From Candidatus Dadabacteria bacterium (GTDB lineage: Bacteria; Desulfobacterota_D; UBA1144; Nemesobacterales; CSP1-2), in assembly GCA_040289575.1 (NCBI GenBank), contig PSLL01000009.1, forward strand, positions 40,892-100,515: DNA of 59,624 bases, given 5' to 3'. Below, in pieces: positions 28,030 through 39,133 of this stretch. A program made the translations under genes and the position numbers. The notes below the pieces were generated by a model. That model did no database searches and had not been told where the DNA came from. It saw nothing but the letters and a program-made list of their open reading frames with translations. How positions within the stretch are numbered: position 1 is the stretch's first letter; each line of letters starts with the position of its first letter.

Positions 28030-31000
28030 TCAATCGAGCCTTAAAACCCTATTTCCCAAAAGCCTCTCCACGGCGTCAATGAACTCGTCCTGAATATCAA
28101 CACCAAAGTCTCCGAGTTCAATTACTGCCTCCCCACAATCTGTCTCCAAGTGAAGACGTATGAGAGACCTTCCAGGATAAGCCTCGACTATTTTTTTCAG
28201 CTTTAAGAGTTTATCTTTAGTCGCATTTTCTCTATTGAGACTGATATGAATAGTTGAACCGTTTCTCCTCTCCCTCAATGACAATATATCAGTAGCCCTT
28301 AATCTCATCCTTTCTTCCGATGGCTCTACAGTGCCCCTTACAATCACAGGCTCTGCCTTTTCTTCCAGTATGGGAAGCGATCTCCTGAGCAAATCGTTAA
28401 AGATCACGATCTCTACAGAGCCTTTCATATCTTCGAGAATAAGATTACCGAAGATCCCCGAGCCGTTCTTTGTGTGCTTAACGCTCAGCGACCGCACCAC
28501 CCCCGCAATTGACACCTCACGCCTTTCCTTAATCTCAGAAATCGTCTCAGTATCGGTGTTTGTATACTTCTTTATTTCTCCGGCGTACTTTGCCATAGGA
28601 TGACTCGTAACGTAAAAGCCAAGAACATCCATTTCAGCTCTCAACTTTTCCTTTTCACTCCATTCTTCTATATTTGGAAGATCCGGCACGGAAATCGAAT
28701 CGCTGAGAGCAAAAAGCGTGCTCTGTCCCTCCAAAGAGCCTTTTTGTTTCATTGATGAATATGTAAGGAGGTCTTCGATTCCCCCCATAAGCTGCGCTCT
28801 GTTAGCCCACAGCGAATCAAAGGCGCCACTTTTAATGAGGCTCTCAAACGTCCTTCTATTTATCCTTTTCGCATCAACCCTTTCACAAAAATCAAATATC
28901 GTCTTAAACCTCCCTCCGTCTTCCCTCGCCTTTATTATAGCCTCAACCGTTCCCTCGCCGACATTTTTAATTGCAGAAAGACCGAATCTGATCTTTCCAC
29001 CCAATGCGTTAAATCCGGCCATACTCTCGTTTACGTCCGGAGGAAGCACCTCGATTCCCATCTTTTTACACTCGGCAATACTCGAGATGACCTTATCTGT
29101 GTTATCCGCTTCAATCGAGAGCAGTGCAGCCATAAACTCCGCAGGATAATGGGCTTTAAGGTAGGCGGTCTGATATGTAATCAGGGCGTAGGCAGCGCTA
29201 TGGCTTTTATTAAACGAATACTCTGCAAACTTCTCCATAGCATCGAAGATTTCCTCCGCCTTCTTTATGTTTATTCCTTTTTTCTTCGCCCCTTCAAGAA
29301 ACCTCTGCCTCTGTGCCTTCATCTCTTCGGGCTTTTTCTTCCCCATCGCTCGCCTAAGAAGATCGGCTTCCCCAAGACTATAGTCGGCAAGGACGCTTGC
29401 CGTTTTCATAATCTGTTCCTGATAGACGAATAAACCGTATGTGTCCTTTAAAATCTCTTTAAGCTCCGGAAGCGGATAGTCTATTCTTTTTTGTCCGTGT
29501 TTTCGCTTTATAAATTCATCTACCATTCCGCTATCAAGCGGCCCCGGACGGTAAAGGGCGAGGACCGCGATAATATCCTCAAAGCTCGAAGGCTGGAGCT
29601 TCATAAGAACCTCTTTCATACCCGGAGATTCAATCTGAAACACACCCCTTGTTTCAGTGCCTGACAGGAGCTTATATGTCTCCAGATCGTCAAGCGGAAT
29701 CATTTTTATATCAAACCCCGAGTCCCTGTGATTCTCATGAATAAACCTTATAGCCTTATCTATGACGGTGAGCGTTTTAAGGCCAAGGAAATCAAATTTT
29801 ACAAATCCCAAGTCCTCTACGGACTTCATGTCGAACTGGGTTACAATCTCATTATTCGGGCCCTTATAAAGCGGGATATAATCCGAAAGCGGTTCATTTG
29901 AGATCACGATTCCGGCCGCATGCATGGATGAGTGCCTAACCATATTCTCAAGCGGACGAGCGATCTCGACCAATTCCTGAAGGCTTGTGGATTTCTGTAT
30001 AAGCTCTTTTAGTTGTGGAATCTGAGAAATGGATTCGTCAATACTAAACACCTTCCCCCTAAAGGTCGGAATGAGTTTTGTAACCCTTTCAACATCCGCA
30101 TATGGAATTCCAAGCGCTCTCCCCACGTCTTTTATCACCGCCTTTGCAGACATGGTTCCGAATGTTCCAATCTGTGCGACCTTATCGGCTCCGTATTTCT
30201 CGGTAACGTATTTTATTATCTCATCGCGCCTCTCTGCACAGAAATCAACGTCGATATCCGGCATACTCACCCGCTCCGGATTTAGAAACCTCTCAAAAAT
30301 GAGATTGTATGGAATCGGATCAATCTCCGTAATTCTGAGAGCGTATGCGACAAGGCTTCCCGCCGCACTTCCTCTTCCAGGTCCAACCGGAATTCCGCGA
30401 GATTTGGCAAATTTTATGAAATCAGAAACTACAAGAAAGTACCCGGAAAATCCCATCTTCTTTATGGTTTCAATCTCGCTCTCTAGCCTCTGTTCATATA
30501 TGCGGACCCTTTCTCCCGAAATGCCGTTCTCCTTTAGCCTCTCATCAAGCCCTTCCCTACTGAGGATAGACATGTAATCGTCGAGTGATTTTCCACCTTG
30601 AAGCTCAAATATGGGGAGCTTGTAGCCGTTTGTTTTAAATTCAAATCTGCACCTTTCGGCAATCTCCAAAGTGCGCTCTATTGCATCGGGGAATTCCTTT
30701 AGGCACTCAAACATCTCATCGCGGGATTTAAGAAAATATTCATCCCCTTTGAATCTAAATCTCTTTTCATCACTTATAGTCGTTCCGGTCTGAACACAGA
30801 GAAGCACCTCGTGGGGCCTTGAATCCCTTCGCCTCAGGTAGTGGCAGTCATTTGTCGCGACAATCCCGATGCCGAGGCTTTTCCCTATTCCCCTCATTTT
30901 TTGATTTACGATCTCCTGTTGCGGAAGCCTGTTTGCCTGAATCTCAAGATAGTAGCGGTCGCCAAACATCTCCTTGTACATTGCCGCCACACGAAGCGCC

Positions 31001-31458
31001 TCCTGTAGATCGTCCGCAAGAACGCACTTCGAGAGCTCGCTATTAAGACAACCACTTAGTACAATAAGCCCATCTCTATGCGCTTCTAAAAGCTCATGGT
31101 CAACCCTGGGCTTTTTGTAGAATCCCTCAAAGTAGGCCCTTGTAATGAGCTTAGAGAGGTTTCTATATCCATCTTCATTCATTGAGAGGACAGTCAGATG
31201 GTGGTTCTTCTCCTCAGGGGATTTATCCTGTCTCGATGTGGGGGCAACATAAACCTCACACCCGATTATAGGTTTTATTCCCACCTTCTTTGCCTCTTTG
31301 TAAAACTCGAAGGCTCCAAAGAGATTGCCATGGTCTGTGAGAGCAACGGCCGTCATACCGTATTCTTTAGCCTGTGAGAAGAGTTCGTCAAATTTTATTG
31401 CGCCGTCAAGGAGCGAATACTGGGAGTGAAGATGAAGGTGAACAAAATCTCGGCTCAT
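28030..31458 (-). CDS. dnaE: DNA polymerase III alpha subunit
   Basis: PHP HLHLHSQYSLLDG, TDHGN, GPGRGSAAGS, SMPDIDVDF, FNKSH, C-terminal OB fold. No intein visible. Confidence 0.97.
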   Translation of the reverse strand: MSRDFVHLHLHSQYSLLDGAIKFDELFSQAKEYGMTAVALTDHGNLFGAFEFYKEAKKVGIKPIIGCEVYVAPTSRQDKSPEEKNHHLTVLSMNEDGYRNLSKLITRAYFEGFYKKPRVDHELLEAHRDGLIVLSGCLNSELSKCVLADDLQEALRVAAMYKEMFGDRYYLEIQANRLPQQEIVNQKMRGIGKSLGIGIVATNDCHYLRRRDSRPHEVLLCVQTGTTISDEKRFRFKGDEYFLKSRDEMFECLKEFPDAIERTLEIAERCRFEFKTNGYKLPIFELQGGKSLDDYMSILSREGLDERLKENGISGERVRIYEQRLESEIETIKKMGFSGYFLVVSDFIKFAKSRGIPVGPGRGSAAGSLVAYALRITEIDPIPYNLIFERFLNPERVSMPDIDVDFCAERRDEIIKYVTEKYGADKVAQIGTFGTMSAKAVIKDVGRALGIPYADVERVTKLIPTFRGKVFSIDESISQIPQLKELIQKSTSLQELVEIARPLENMVRHSSMHAAGIVISNEPLSDYIPLYKGPNNEIVTQFDMKSVEDLGFVKFDFLGLKTLTVIDKAIRFIHENHRDSGFDIKMIPLDDLETYKLLSGTETRGVFQIESPGMKEVLMKLQPSSFEDIIAVLALYRPGPLDSGMVDEFIKRKHGQKRIDYPLPELKEILKDTYGLFVYQEQIMKTASVLADYSLGEADLLRRAMGKKKPEEMKAQRQRFLEGAKKKGINIKKAEEIFDAMEKFAEYSFNKSHSAAYALITYQTAYLKAHYPAEFMAALLSIEADNTDKVISSIAECKKMGIEVLPPDVNESMAGFNALGGKIRFGLSAIKNVGEGTVEAIIKAREDGGRFKTIFDFCERVDAKRINRRTFESLIKSGAFDSLWANRAQLMGGIEDLLTYSSMKQKGSLEGQSTLFALSDSISVPDLPNIEEWSEKEKLRAEMDVLGFYVTSHPMAKYAGEIKKYTNTDTETISEIKERREVSIAGVVRSLSVKHTKNGSGIFGNLILEDMKGSVEIVIFNDLLRRSLPILEEKAEPVIVRGTVEPSEERMRLRATDILSLRERRNGSTIHISLNRENATKDKLLKLKKIVEAYPGRSLIRLHLETDCGEAVIELGDFGVDIQDEFIDAVERLLGNRVLRLD

Positions 31459-31617
31459 TACTCGACATTATATAACAGAAATTTCTCCCTCTTCAAGACT
31501 CCGACGTAAGATATGGGAGATTCACCGAATTTCAATGTAGTTAGTCATAATGGTTGCCGAGCCAAGCATTCCGTTTCATAAGGCAATTGGTATAAGGTAA
31601 AATGATATGAACAAGAG

Positions 31618-34049
31618 ATGAGATTCTTATTTAAAGAAGAGTATCCTCCAAAACAGATCGCTTCTGCAATAATAATTCCCCTAATAGTCTTTGCCATGGC
31701 GATAGGAGCGATTTCATTTATAAATGCCGTTGAATGTTTAGGAAAATCCTTTCCTGGATTCTTCTACTATAAGAACCTCGTTGTATCGGTCTATCAAAGA
31801 AGCGCATGGATGAAATGGGATGGAGGGCCAAGGGCTTACGACCGAATAACAGAGATCGAGGGGATCAAAGTCAAAACGGCGGATGAATTCAGAAGGGTTT
31901 TTGATACCTTTGGCCCTAATCAAAATAAAAAATCGCTAACCTACACGGTAAACAGGGATGGAAAAATCCTGAGTTTTGTAGTGGATATAAAAGATTTTAC
32001 CCTGGGGGATTTCTTCTTTACATTTCTACTGCCTTTCATTCTCGGGATGTTTTTCCTTGCCGCAGGCGGGCTTGTATATTTTGCAAAACCAAACAAAGCC
32101 ACATTCGTAAATTTCTTTATGTGTCTTCTCATTGCTCTTTCATACATAACGATGTTCGATTCCAACACGACTTATATATTTTCCGAACTCTGGCTTATAT
32201 ACCCTCTCTTTGGCGCTATCTCAGCCCACCTCTTTCTCTTCTTTCCCGAAGAAAGGGACTTTGTAAAGAGAAATCGCTGGATACGTTATGTTCCCTATGT
32301 TCCGGCGGTTGTGCTTATAGCCTTTAGATATCTAACTAAAGATAACCCTTCTCTTTCCATTCTTTTTTCGAAGCTCTCGCTCCTGTATATGGGATGCATT
32401 TTTATTCTTGACCTGAGCCTTTTAATAATCACATACGCAAACACAAAAGAGGGTGTGATAAAGCAGAGAGCAAAAATAGTGGCATTCGGGCTTGTAGTTG
32501 CTTCCCTTATTCCCGTGATATGGAGTGCGCTTCACGCCCTCTGGCGACCAATTGTAGGGTTTGACTATGCAATGGGGCTCGCCATAGTTTTTCCCGCCCT
32601 TGTCGGATATGCAGCGACGAAAAGAAGGTTCTTCGACATAGACCTGGTCATAAAAAAAAGTATAAGCTACGGAGCACTAAGCGGCGCGCTCGTGGTTCTA
32701 TATTTGATTATAGTCACTCTCATAAGCCTCCTTATGCAGGCCCTTTTTTCACTCGACCGCTCTCCAATTGAGCCTATAATATCAACCCTTGTCGTTGTTG
32801 TGGCATTTGATCCCGTAAGAAGGCAGATTCAGCACTGGATTGATAGGTTTTTCTACACCGATCAGTATAATCTTCAGAAAGGGTTCTTGGAACTCAGCAG
32901 CGAAATCTGGGAGGGTTTCGACACTTATGAAACCGCAGAGTTGATGGTAAAGAGATTCCGTGAACTCCTGAGAGTCAACTCAGCCTATGTCTTCTTAAAG
33001 GAGGGAACGGAGAGGTTCACACTCAAATACGGAGAGCCGAAACCAGGGGATTTAGTTGATCTAAAGTATAATACACGGGGCAGGCTGCTGATGGGACGTT
33101 CGGCCGAGGTTGAGGAGTTGATTTCGAATATGGAGATAGACCCAACCAGGGCCAAGAAGCTTAAAAACCTCGGAGTAAGATTCCTCGTTCCGATGGTTAC
33201 AAAGAGCGGTCTTATGGGAATAATTGCACTCGGTGAAAAGCTCTCAAAGCTCCCTCTATCAAGGGATGAAACGAAACTCCTTGAAGGAATAGCACATCAG
33301 GCAGCAATAAACATTGAAAACGTATGGCTATATGAAGAGAAATCGCGCGATGAGAGACTCGCCACGCTTGGACAGGTTGCAAGCATGATAATTCATGAAA
33401 TAAAAAATCCTCTCGGCATTATTCGTGTCTCTTCTGGAACACTCAGAAAGAGGTTTGAAAAGGTAGAAGACCCTGAGGGAATGGAGCTTGCAACGTTTAT
33501 TGAAGAGGAAGTACTAAGGATGGATTCAACAGTAAGGAAGTCTCTTTCGTACATAAGACCCAGGAGCCGAAGGTTGAATGGATAAACATCAACGATGTTA
33601 TAAAAAAGGCTCTAAACACCCTGTCTTCGGAGATTCAGACGCTGAGGGTAGAGACTAGACTCAACAGAAATCTCGATGAGATTCAAGCCGATGCGGATCA
33701 GATCTACCAAACGATTTTGAACCTCATCTTAAACGCCAGGGACGCGACACCCCCGAACGGAAGGCTGATTATAAGAACGGGCGATAGAGGCAACTGGTGT
33801 CATATATGCATTGCTGACACAGGCAAGGGGATTGAAAAGGGTGTGCTAGAGAGTATATTTAAACCGTTCTACTCCGGTAAGAGGGGTGGCATAGGGCTTG
33901 GTCTTACTATAGCGCACAAGATAGTTGAGAGCCACAGAGGGAGAATCAGGGTTAAGAGCATCGAGGGGCGCGGAACTGTATTTCTTATAATCCTTCCCAA
34001 GAGGAGAAAGGAGGCAAAAGAAAGATGGAAGAGTTCATTTCTCTTATAA
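31618..34049 (+). pseudogene. Membrane sensor histidine kinase (PDZ-like, multi-TM, GAF, HisKA, HATPase) split by a 1-nt frameshift at 33559-33561
   Basis: H-box IHEIKNPL in ORF1. N/G boxes (NLILNA, DTGKGI, F..FYSGK, GIGLGL) lie in the -1 frame, which is open from the junction (QEPKVEWININDVIKKAL...). Confidence 0.85.
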
Positions 34050-35341
34050 CGAACCTATATACAACCCATGGCGAACTTATTCTAATAGGCGGCGGAAGCG
34101 GAGTAGCGGTTTTAATCTCTGTGATTATATTTTTCCTGACAAGAGGAGGAGCGCATCACAAAACGGGGATTACGGAGGATGTTTCTCATGTGCAAATCGC
34201 CCCGATAGAGTCTTTCCATAAAGAGGGGACGAAAGAGTCGGAATCTCAAGAGGGTATGAGCGATGAATTGATTGAAGAAGAAGTGGTAGATGAGGTTGAG
34301 CTCGAAGAACTTATAGAGACAGCTAGGGGTGAGGAAACCGAAGAAGTAATCGAAACTGAAAGTATCGTCCCGGGAGAAAAGATTGAAGAGGAGCCTGAGG
34401 AGACGGAGGCGGGGCTTTTCTCAAGGCTTCGTGCCGGACTTTCAAGAACACAGGCTGGGCTTCTTGGAAAACTCGACGAGATGCTGAGTATAAGAAAAGA
34501 AATTGACGATGGCCTCTGGGATGATTTTGAGGAAACTTTAGTCACGGCAGACCTCGGCATAGGAACTACAATGAAACTAAGGAGTGAGATTGAAAGCAAG
34601 CTCTCAAAGAAAGCGCTTCGCAACCCCATACTCATAAAGGAGGCTCTAAGAGAAGAGATCCTCCGGGTGCTCAAAAGCGCCGAGGGGCAACCTATCGCAC
34701 TCAATACAAAACCGTTTGTAATAATGGTCGCTGGGGTAAATGGCGTAGGAAAGACAACGACAATTGGAAAACTCGCATATAAATTCAGAAAAGACGGGAG
34801 AAACGTCATGGTTGCCGCAGCCGATACATTCAGAGCCGCAGCCGTAGAGCAGCTTGAGATCTGGGCAAATCGTGTAGGAAGCGATTTTCTAAAAGGTCAG
34901 AGTGGGGCAGATCCGTCGGCAGTGGCTTTTGATGCAGTAAGAGCGGCTTTTGCCAGGGACACAGACGTTTTGATAGTCGACACTGCAGGGCGACTTCATA
35001 CAAAAACTAACCTAATGGAAGAGCTAAAAAAGATAAAAAGGGTCATAGGGCGTGGGCTTGAGGGTGCCCCACATGAGACACTCCTTGTGCTTGATGCCAC
35101 AACCGGCCAGAACGCAATTCAGCAGGCAAAGATGTTTAAGGAGGCAATAGAGATTACGGGAATAGTGCTTACGAAACTCGATGGAACCGCCAAGGGGGGT
35201 GTAATCGTAGCCATCGCAGATGAATTGAAGATTCCTGTAAAGTTCATCGGAATAGGAGAGAGATTGGGAGATTTGAGAGAATTCAAAGCGGACGAATTCG
35301 TCGAGGCACTATTCCTTACGGGGAAAGAAACGCTGCATTGA
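34025..35341 (+). CDS. ftsY: SRP receptor FtsY
   Basis: GVNGVGKTTT, DTFRAAA, DTAGR, TKLDGTAKGG, GIGE; N-terminal hydrophobic segment plus acidic region. Confidence 0.96.
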   Translation: MEEFISLITNLYTTHGELILIGGGSGVAVLISVIIFFLTRGGAHHKTGITEDVSHVQIAPIESFHKEGTKESESQEGMSDELIEEEVVDEVELEELIETARGEETEEVIETESIVPGEKIEEEPEETEAGLFSRLRAGLSRTQAGLLGKLDEMLSIRKEIDDGLWDDFEETLVTADLGIGTTMKLRSEIESKLSKKALRNPILIKEALREEILRVLKSAEGQPIALNTKPFVIMVAGVNGVGKTTTIGKLAYKFRKDGRNVMVAAADTFRAAAVEQLEIWANRVGSDFLKGQSGADPSAVAFDAVRAAFARDTDVLIVDTAGRLHTKTNLMEELKKIKRVIGRGLEGAPHETLLVLDATTGQNAIQQAKMFKEAIEITGIVLTKLDGTAKGGVIVAIADELKIPVKFIGIGERLGDLREFKADEFVEALFLTGKETLH

Positions 35342-35354
35342 TGAGATAAACCCT

Positions 35355-35434
35355 GAATACAGGATGTATAATCCATGATGCACGATGCATGATTCATCTT
35401 ACATTCTGTATTGTGTATCCTGCATCTTGTATCC
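35355..35434. repeat. Heptamer-repeat element with inverted arms
   Basis: GATGCAC/GATGCAT/GATTCAT and ATCCTGC/ATCTTGT units; atacaggatg pairs with catcttgtat. Confidence 0.6.
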
Positions 35435-35443
35435 TTTAACTAA

Positions 35444-36562
35444 ATGCCCAAAGACCCTGACTCAAAATATATGTCTCTTGCGCTTCGGCTTGCGAGAAAA
35501 GCTGAAGGAATGACAAGTCCAAATCCACTGGTGGGCGCAGTCGTCGTAAAAAGGGGAAAAATCATTGGAAAGGGATACCATAGAAAAGCCGGGCTTCCCC
35601 ATGCGGAGATTGAGGCGTTTTTAGACGCAGAGAGGAAAGGGCATAGTCTGAAGGGCTCTACCCTCTACGTTACACTTGAGCCGTGCTGCCACACAGGAAA
35701 AAGAACCCCCCCATGCGTTGATGTCATAATCGAAAAAGGAATATCAAAACTGGTAGTAGGAACACGGGATTTAAATCCAAATGTAAGCGGAAGAGGAATA
35801 AGAATCCTGAGAGAAAAAGGCATAGAGGTAAAGGTCGGCGTTCTTGAGGACAGGTGTAGAAAGATCAATGAGGCTTTTTTCAAGTACATAACGACAGAAA
35901 TGCCTTTTATAATCCTAAAACTTGCTGCAACCCTTGACGGAAAGATTGCCACTTTCAGTGGCGACTCAAAATGGATAGGAAGCGAAACTCAAAGAAGATA
36001 CGCCCATAAGTTGAGAAACCAGGTGGATGCCATCGTTGTCGGGATTGAAACCGTGATTCGGGACAATCCTCAGCTTACCGCAAGGTTAGGCAAGAAATCA
36101 GTCCATCAACCAACCCCGGTGGTTCTAGACAGTAATCTGAGAATCCCGATTGACGCAAGGCTCTTCAGTGTTCATAAGTCCCCTATTATAGCCACAACCC
36201 GGTCGGCCAACCCCAGAAGAACCGAAGACTTAGAGAAAGTAGGAGCTAGGATTCTATTTGTAGACCAAGAAAAAAATGGCCGCGTTGATGTCTTAAATCT
36301 GATCAAAAAACTGGGCGATATGGAGATTACAAGCATTCTTATCGAAGGCGGGAGCGAAACCGCAGCATCATTTCTCAAAAGCAGTATCGTGGATAAAGTG
36401 GTCTTTTTCTACGCGCCCAAGATTATAGGGAGCGAGGGCATCAGCATGGTGGGGAAACTCAGTATATCCGATGTCAAGAACGCGATTCCTATAAAGAAGA
36501 TTCGGGTAAAAACCATAGGAGAAGAGTTCATATTTGAAGGGTATATTGAGCAACAACCGTAA
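35444..36562 (+). CDS. ribD: Riboflavin biosynthesis deaminase/reductase
   Basis: PNPLVG, HAE, TLEPCCH, TLDGKIA, IEGG. Confidence 0.96.
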   Translation: MPKDPDSKYMSLALRLARKAEGMTSPNPLVGAVVVKRGKIIGKGYHRKAGLPHAEIEAFLDAERKGHSLKGSTLYVTLEPCCHTGKRTPPCVDVIIEKGISKLVVGTRDLNPNVSGRGIRILREKGIEVKVGVLEDRCRKINEAFFKYITTEMPFIILKLAATLDGKIATFSGDSKWIGSETQRRYAHKLRNQVDAIVVGIETVIRDNPQLTARLGKKSVHQPTPVVLDSNLRIPIDARLFSVHKSPIIATTRSANPRRTEDLEKVGARILFVDQEKNGRVDVLNLIKKLGDMEITSILIEGGSETAASFLKSSIVDKVVFFYAPKIIGSEGISMVGKLSISDVKNAIPIKKIRVKTIGEEFIFEGYIEQQP

Positions 36563-36716
36563 AACAAGAGCCTTCTTTCATTGATGGTTATCTCTTGTGA
36601 GAACGGATACAATATTGATCTTACAAATCTTCAAATACCGCCAATAGCTATGTGCAATAGACCGTCACTCACAATAACGGATAAAATGTGATAACATAGA
36701 GAAGAAAGGGCCCGAA

Positions 36717-37373
36717 ATGAAGATCGGACTTTTAGGCGGAACATTTAATCCCATACACCTTGGCCATCTAAGAGGAGCCGAAGAGATAAGAGAGATCCTT
36801 GCACTCAATAGGATTTACTTTATCCCCTCGTCTATGCCTCCACATAAAGATTCATCGGATGTGGCATCTGCCGCCGATCGTCTAAAGATGGTGGAGTTCG
36901 CAATCAGAGAAAACCCTTTTTTTGATGTCTGCGACATAGAAGTTAAACGCGGGGGGCCTTCATATACTGTTCATACGCTTGAGTATTTTTCTTCTAAATT
37001 CTCAGAGTTTGAAATCCACTTCATTCTGGGTGCCGAACTCTTTTCCCAGATACATACCTGGAAGGACTACAAGAGACTATTTGATCTCGCGAATTTTGCC
37101 GTAATTACAAGACCTGGTTTCCCACACTCTAACTCAATTCCACTTGCACTAAGAGATGATTTTCGATATTATAAGAATGAAGAAAGCGTGATATTCTATA
37201 TACACAAAGGCTCTAATAAAACGCTGGCCCTTGTGGAAATCGAGGGGATTCAAGTGTCATCAACCCGAATAAGGGAGTTAATAAATAGGAATAGCTCTAT
37301 CAAATACCTGGTTCCTAAAGAAGTAGAGGCATATATATTGAAGAATAAAATCTATACAAAGGAGGCAATTTGA
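36717..37373 (+). CDS. nadD: Nicotinate-nucleotide adenylyltransferase
   Basis: GGTFNPIHLGH, PPHK, SYT, VSSTRIR. Confidence 0.95.
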   Translation: MKIGLLGGTFNPIHLGHLRGAEEIREILALNRIYFIPSSMPPHKDSSDVASAADRLKMVEFAIRENPFFDVCDIEVKRGGPSYTVHTLEYFSSKFSEFEIHFILGAELFSQIHTWKDYKRLFDLANFAVITRPGFPHSNSIPLALRDDFRYYKNEESVIFYIHKGSNKTLALVEIEGIQVSSTRIRELINRNSSIKYLVPKEVEAYILKNKIYTKEAI

Positions 37374-37765
37374 TAAAATCCAAGGAAAAGGCCATAGCCC
37401 TTGCCCATGCCGCCTGGGAAAAAAAGGCTCAGGATACTGAAGTAATTGAGATAAAGGCACTAAGCGACATTGCCGATTACTTTCTCGTATGTAGCGCCGA
37501 TTCGGATAGAGGGGTAAAAACAATCGTAGATAACATTGAACAAAAACTCAAAGAAATAGGAGAAAGAGCCATTGGTGTTGAAGGGTATACCGAAGGGAAA
37601 TGGGTTCTGATTGATGCGGTAGACGTTGTAGTCCATGTGTTCTATGAACCTGTAAGAAGATTCTACGACATCGAGGGCCTCTGGATTGACGCCCCGCGCA
37701 TCAAGCTCCCATTTGAAGGCCAATTTTCAAATCAATCTAAAAGGTTAGAAAAGGACTATGGCTAA
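37370..37765 (+). CDS. rsfS: Ribosome silencing factor
   Basis: KKAQD, IADYFLVCS, WVLID, VVVHVF, FYDIEGLW. Confidence 0.93.
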   Translation: MIKSKEKAIALAHAAWEKKAQDTEVIEIKALSDIADYFLVCSADSDRGVKTIVDNIEQKLKEIGERAIGVEGYTEGKWVLIDAVDVVVHVFYEPVRRFYDIEGLWIDAPRIKLPFEGQFSNQSKRLEKDYG

Positions 37766-37797
37766 GTAGAAGGCCGATCGGCCATTTCTTCCTTTTC
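37766..37797 (+). terminator. Palindrome between convergent genes (terminator-like)
   Basis: GTAG-aa-GGCCGATCGGCC followed by a pyrimidine tract. Confidence 0.4.
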
Positions 37798-37805
37798 TCG
37801 ATCTC

Positions 37806-39032
37806 TTAAAACCCGCCTACTCCATTTGGTGTCCCCAAACCCGTTGGCCCATCATATCCGGGCACAGCTTTGCAAAGATATATGCCGCCGCATCTGCCGT
37901 TTTTTCCACCGATTATATCATTGAGATTGGTTGATGAACCTTGCAAGTAGGGGAGTGAGTTACCCCATATTCCCGCCCCTACTCCCCCTGCTAAAGCATA
38001 CACACCCGCTATTATTGGGGAAGATAAACTGGTCCCCCCAACCACAAACCATCCTATATTGCCTCCATAAGGCACACTATCAAAAACCGCCGCTCCCGTC
38101 TTGGGATTAGCATCGGCAGAGACATCTGCAATCGTTCTCCTAGGACATAGGTTGTCCTTCTGCCAAGATGGTTTAGGCTCATAAGTGCTGCACCCACTTC
38201 CCGCTTTATTCCAGGCAGATTCAGTGATGGATGTAGTAGAGAAATACAGAGATGTTCCTCCTACTGCAGTAACATATGGAGAAGCCGCAGGATAAGTAGT
38301 ACCATAACCGCTATCCCCGGAGCTAAATGTAAATGCAATCCCAGGATGATTAAAGTGACTGTCATAAGCAGTTTCACTAGAAAACTCGCTTGACCCGTAT
38401 GAATTAGAGACGACTGTTGCACCCATAAGAACCGCTCTATCTACCGCCGCCATCAAATCTGAATAGGAGTTGCTGTATGCCTCTACAAGCAAGATTTTAC
38501 AGTTTTGACAAATAGCATGGGCAATCTCAACACCAAGCGCAATCTCTAATGCCCAACCAGAATTCACCTTTGGATACGATTGCCCTCCATTCTGATCTAC
38601 CTTCTGAAAGCAGGGCACACTTGAGTCGGTAATTGAACCTACACAAGCAGGCAACCTGGGTATTCCGAATGTATCGCTGTATGTATTTAGGTCAGACTGG
38701 ATATTGGGATGATCATATGCATCTACTATTGCGATGATTTGGTCAGATGGGGCTATTCCAGTCAGTCCGTATGCCGTGAGGAATTGATTCGGGCCATAGC
38801 CGCTCGGGCTGGTTGTTACCATCGGACTTCCTTTAGTATTAATCCTTACTCTGGCATGGCATCGAGCACTGCCGTGCACTTCCCCGCGACAGACCGGAGA
38901 ATGGCCTAAGATAATATCCTCTAATTCAAATGTCTGTGGTTTGGATAAACTCGGAATGAAGAGAATAGATAAAACTAAAAGAGAAACGACGGCTCTTTGT
39001 ACTAACCAACTCTTCTGGATTTCCAATTCCAT
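37806..39032 (-). CDS. Secreted S53 (sedolisin/kumamolisin-like) peptidase; triad Asp replaced by Gly
   Basis: Signal peptide, IAIVDAYD, WALEIALGVE, SSGDSG, GGTSLSSP, GYDGPTGLGTP. Confidence 0.88.
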   Translation of the reverse strand: MELEIQKSWLVQRAVVSLLVLSILFIPSLSKPQTFELEDIILGHSPVCRGEVHGSARCHARVRINTKGSPMVTTSPSGYGPNQFLTAYGLTGIAPSDQIIAIVDAYDHPNIQSDLNTYSDTFGIPRLPACVGSITDSSVPCFQKVDQNGGQSYPKVNSGWALEIALGVEIAHAICQNCKILLVEAYSNSYSDLMAAVDRAVLMGATVVSNSYGSSEFSSETAYDSHFNHPGIAFTFSSGDSGYGTTYPAASPYVTAVGGTSLYFSTTSITESAWNKAGSGCSTYEPKPSWQKDNLCPRRTIADVSADANPKTGAAVFDSVPYGGNIGWFVVGGTSLSSPIIAGVYALAGGVGAGIWGNSLPYLQGSSTNLNDIIGGKNGRCGGIYLCKAVPGYDGPTGLGTPNGVGGF

Positions 39033-39117
39033 ACCTCCTTTTAGAATATACAGAGCATCCTCATTATAGCTTGCCCTTACTATTAGAACAGGCTAAAGGC
39101 AAATTAACTTTTTAGTT

Positions 39118-39133
39118 TGCAAAGATTGTGCCA
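39118..39133 (-). promoter_or_regulatory. Sigma54 (-24/-12) promoter of the S53 gene
   Basis: TGGCAC-AATCT-TTGCA, perfect consensus, 85 nt upstream of ATG 39032. Confidence 0.8.

Noticed and set aside
28030-31458. Intein or split dnaE
   Set aside because: Normal 1142-aa length and continuous motifs.
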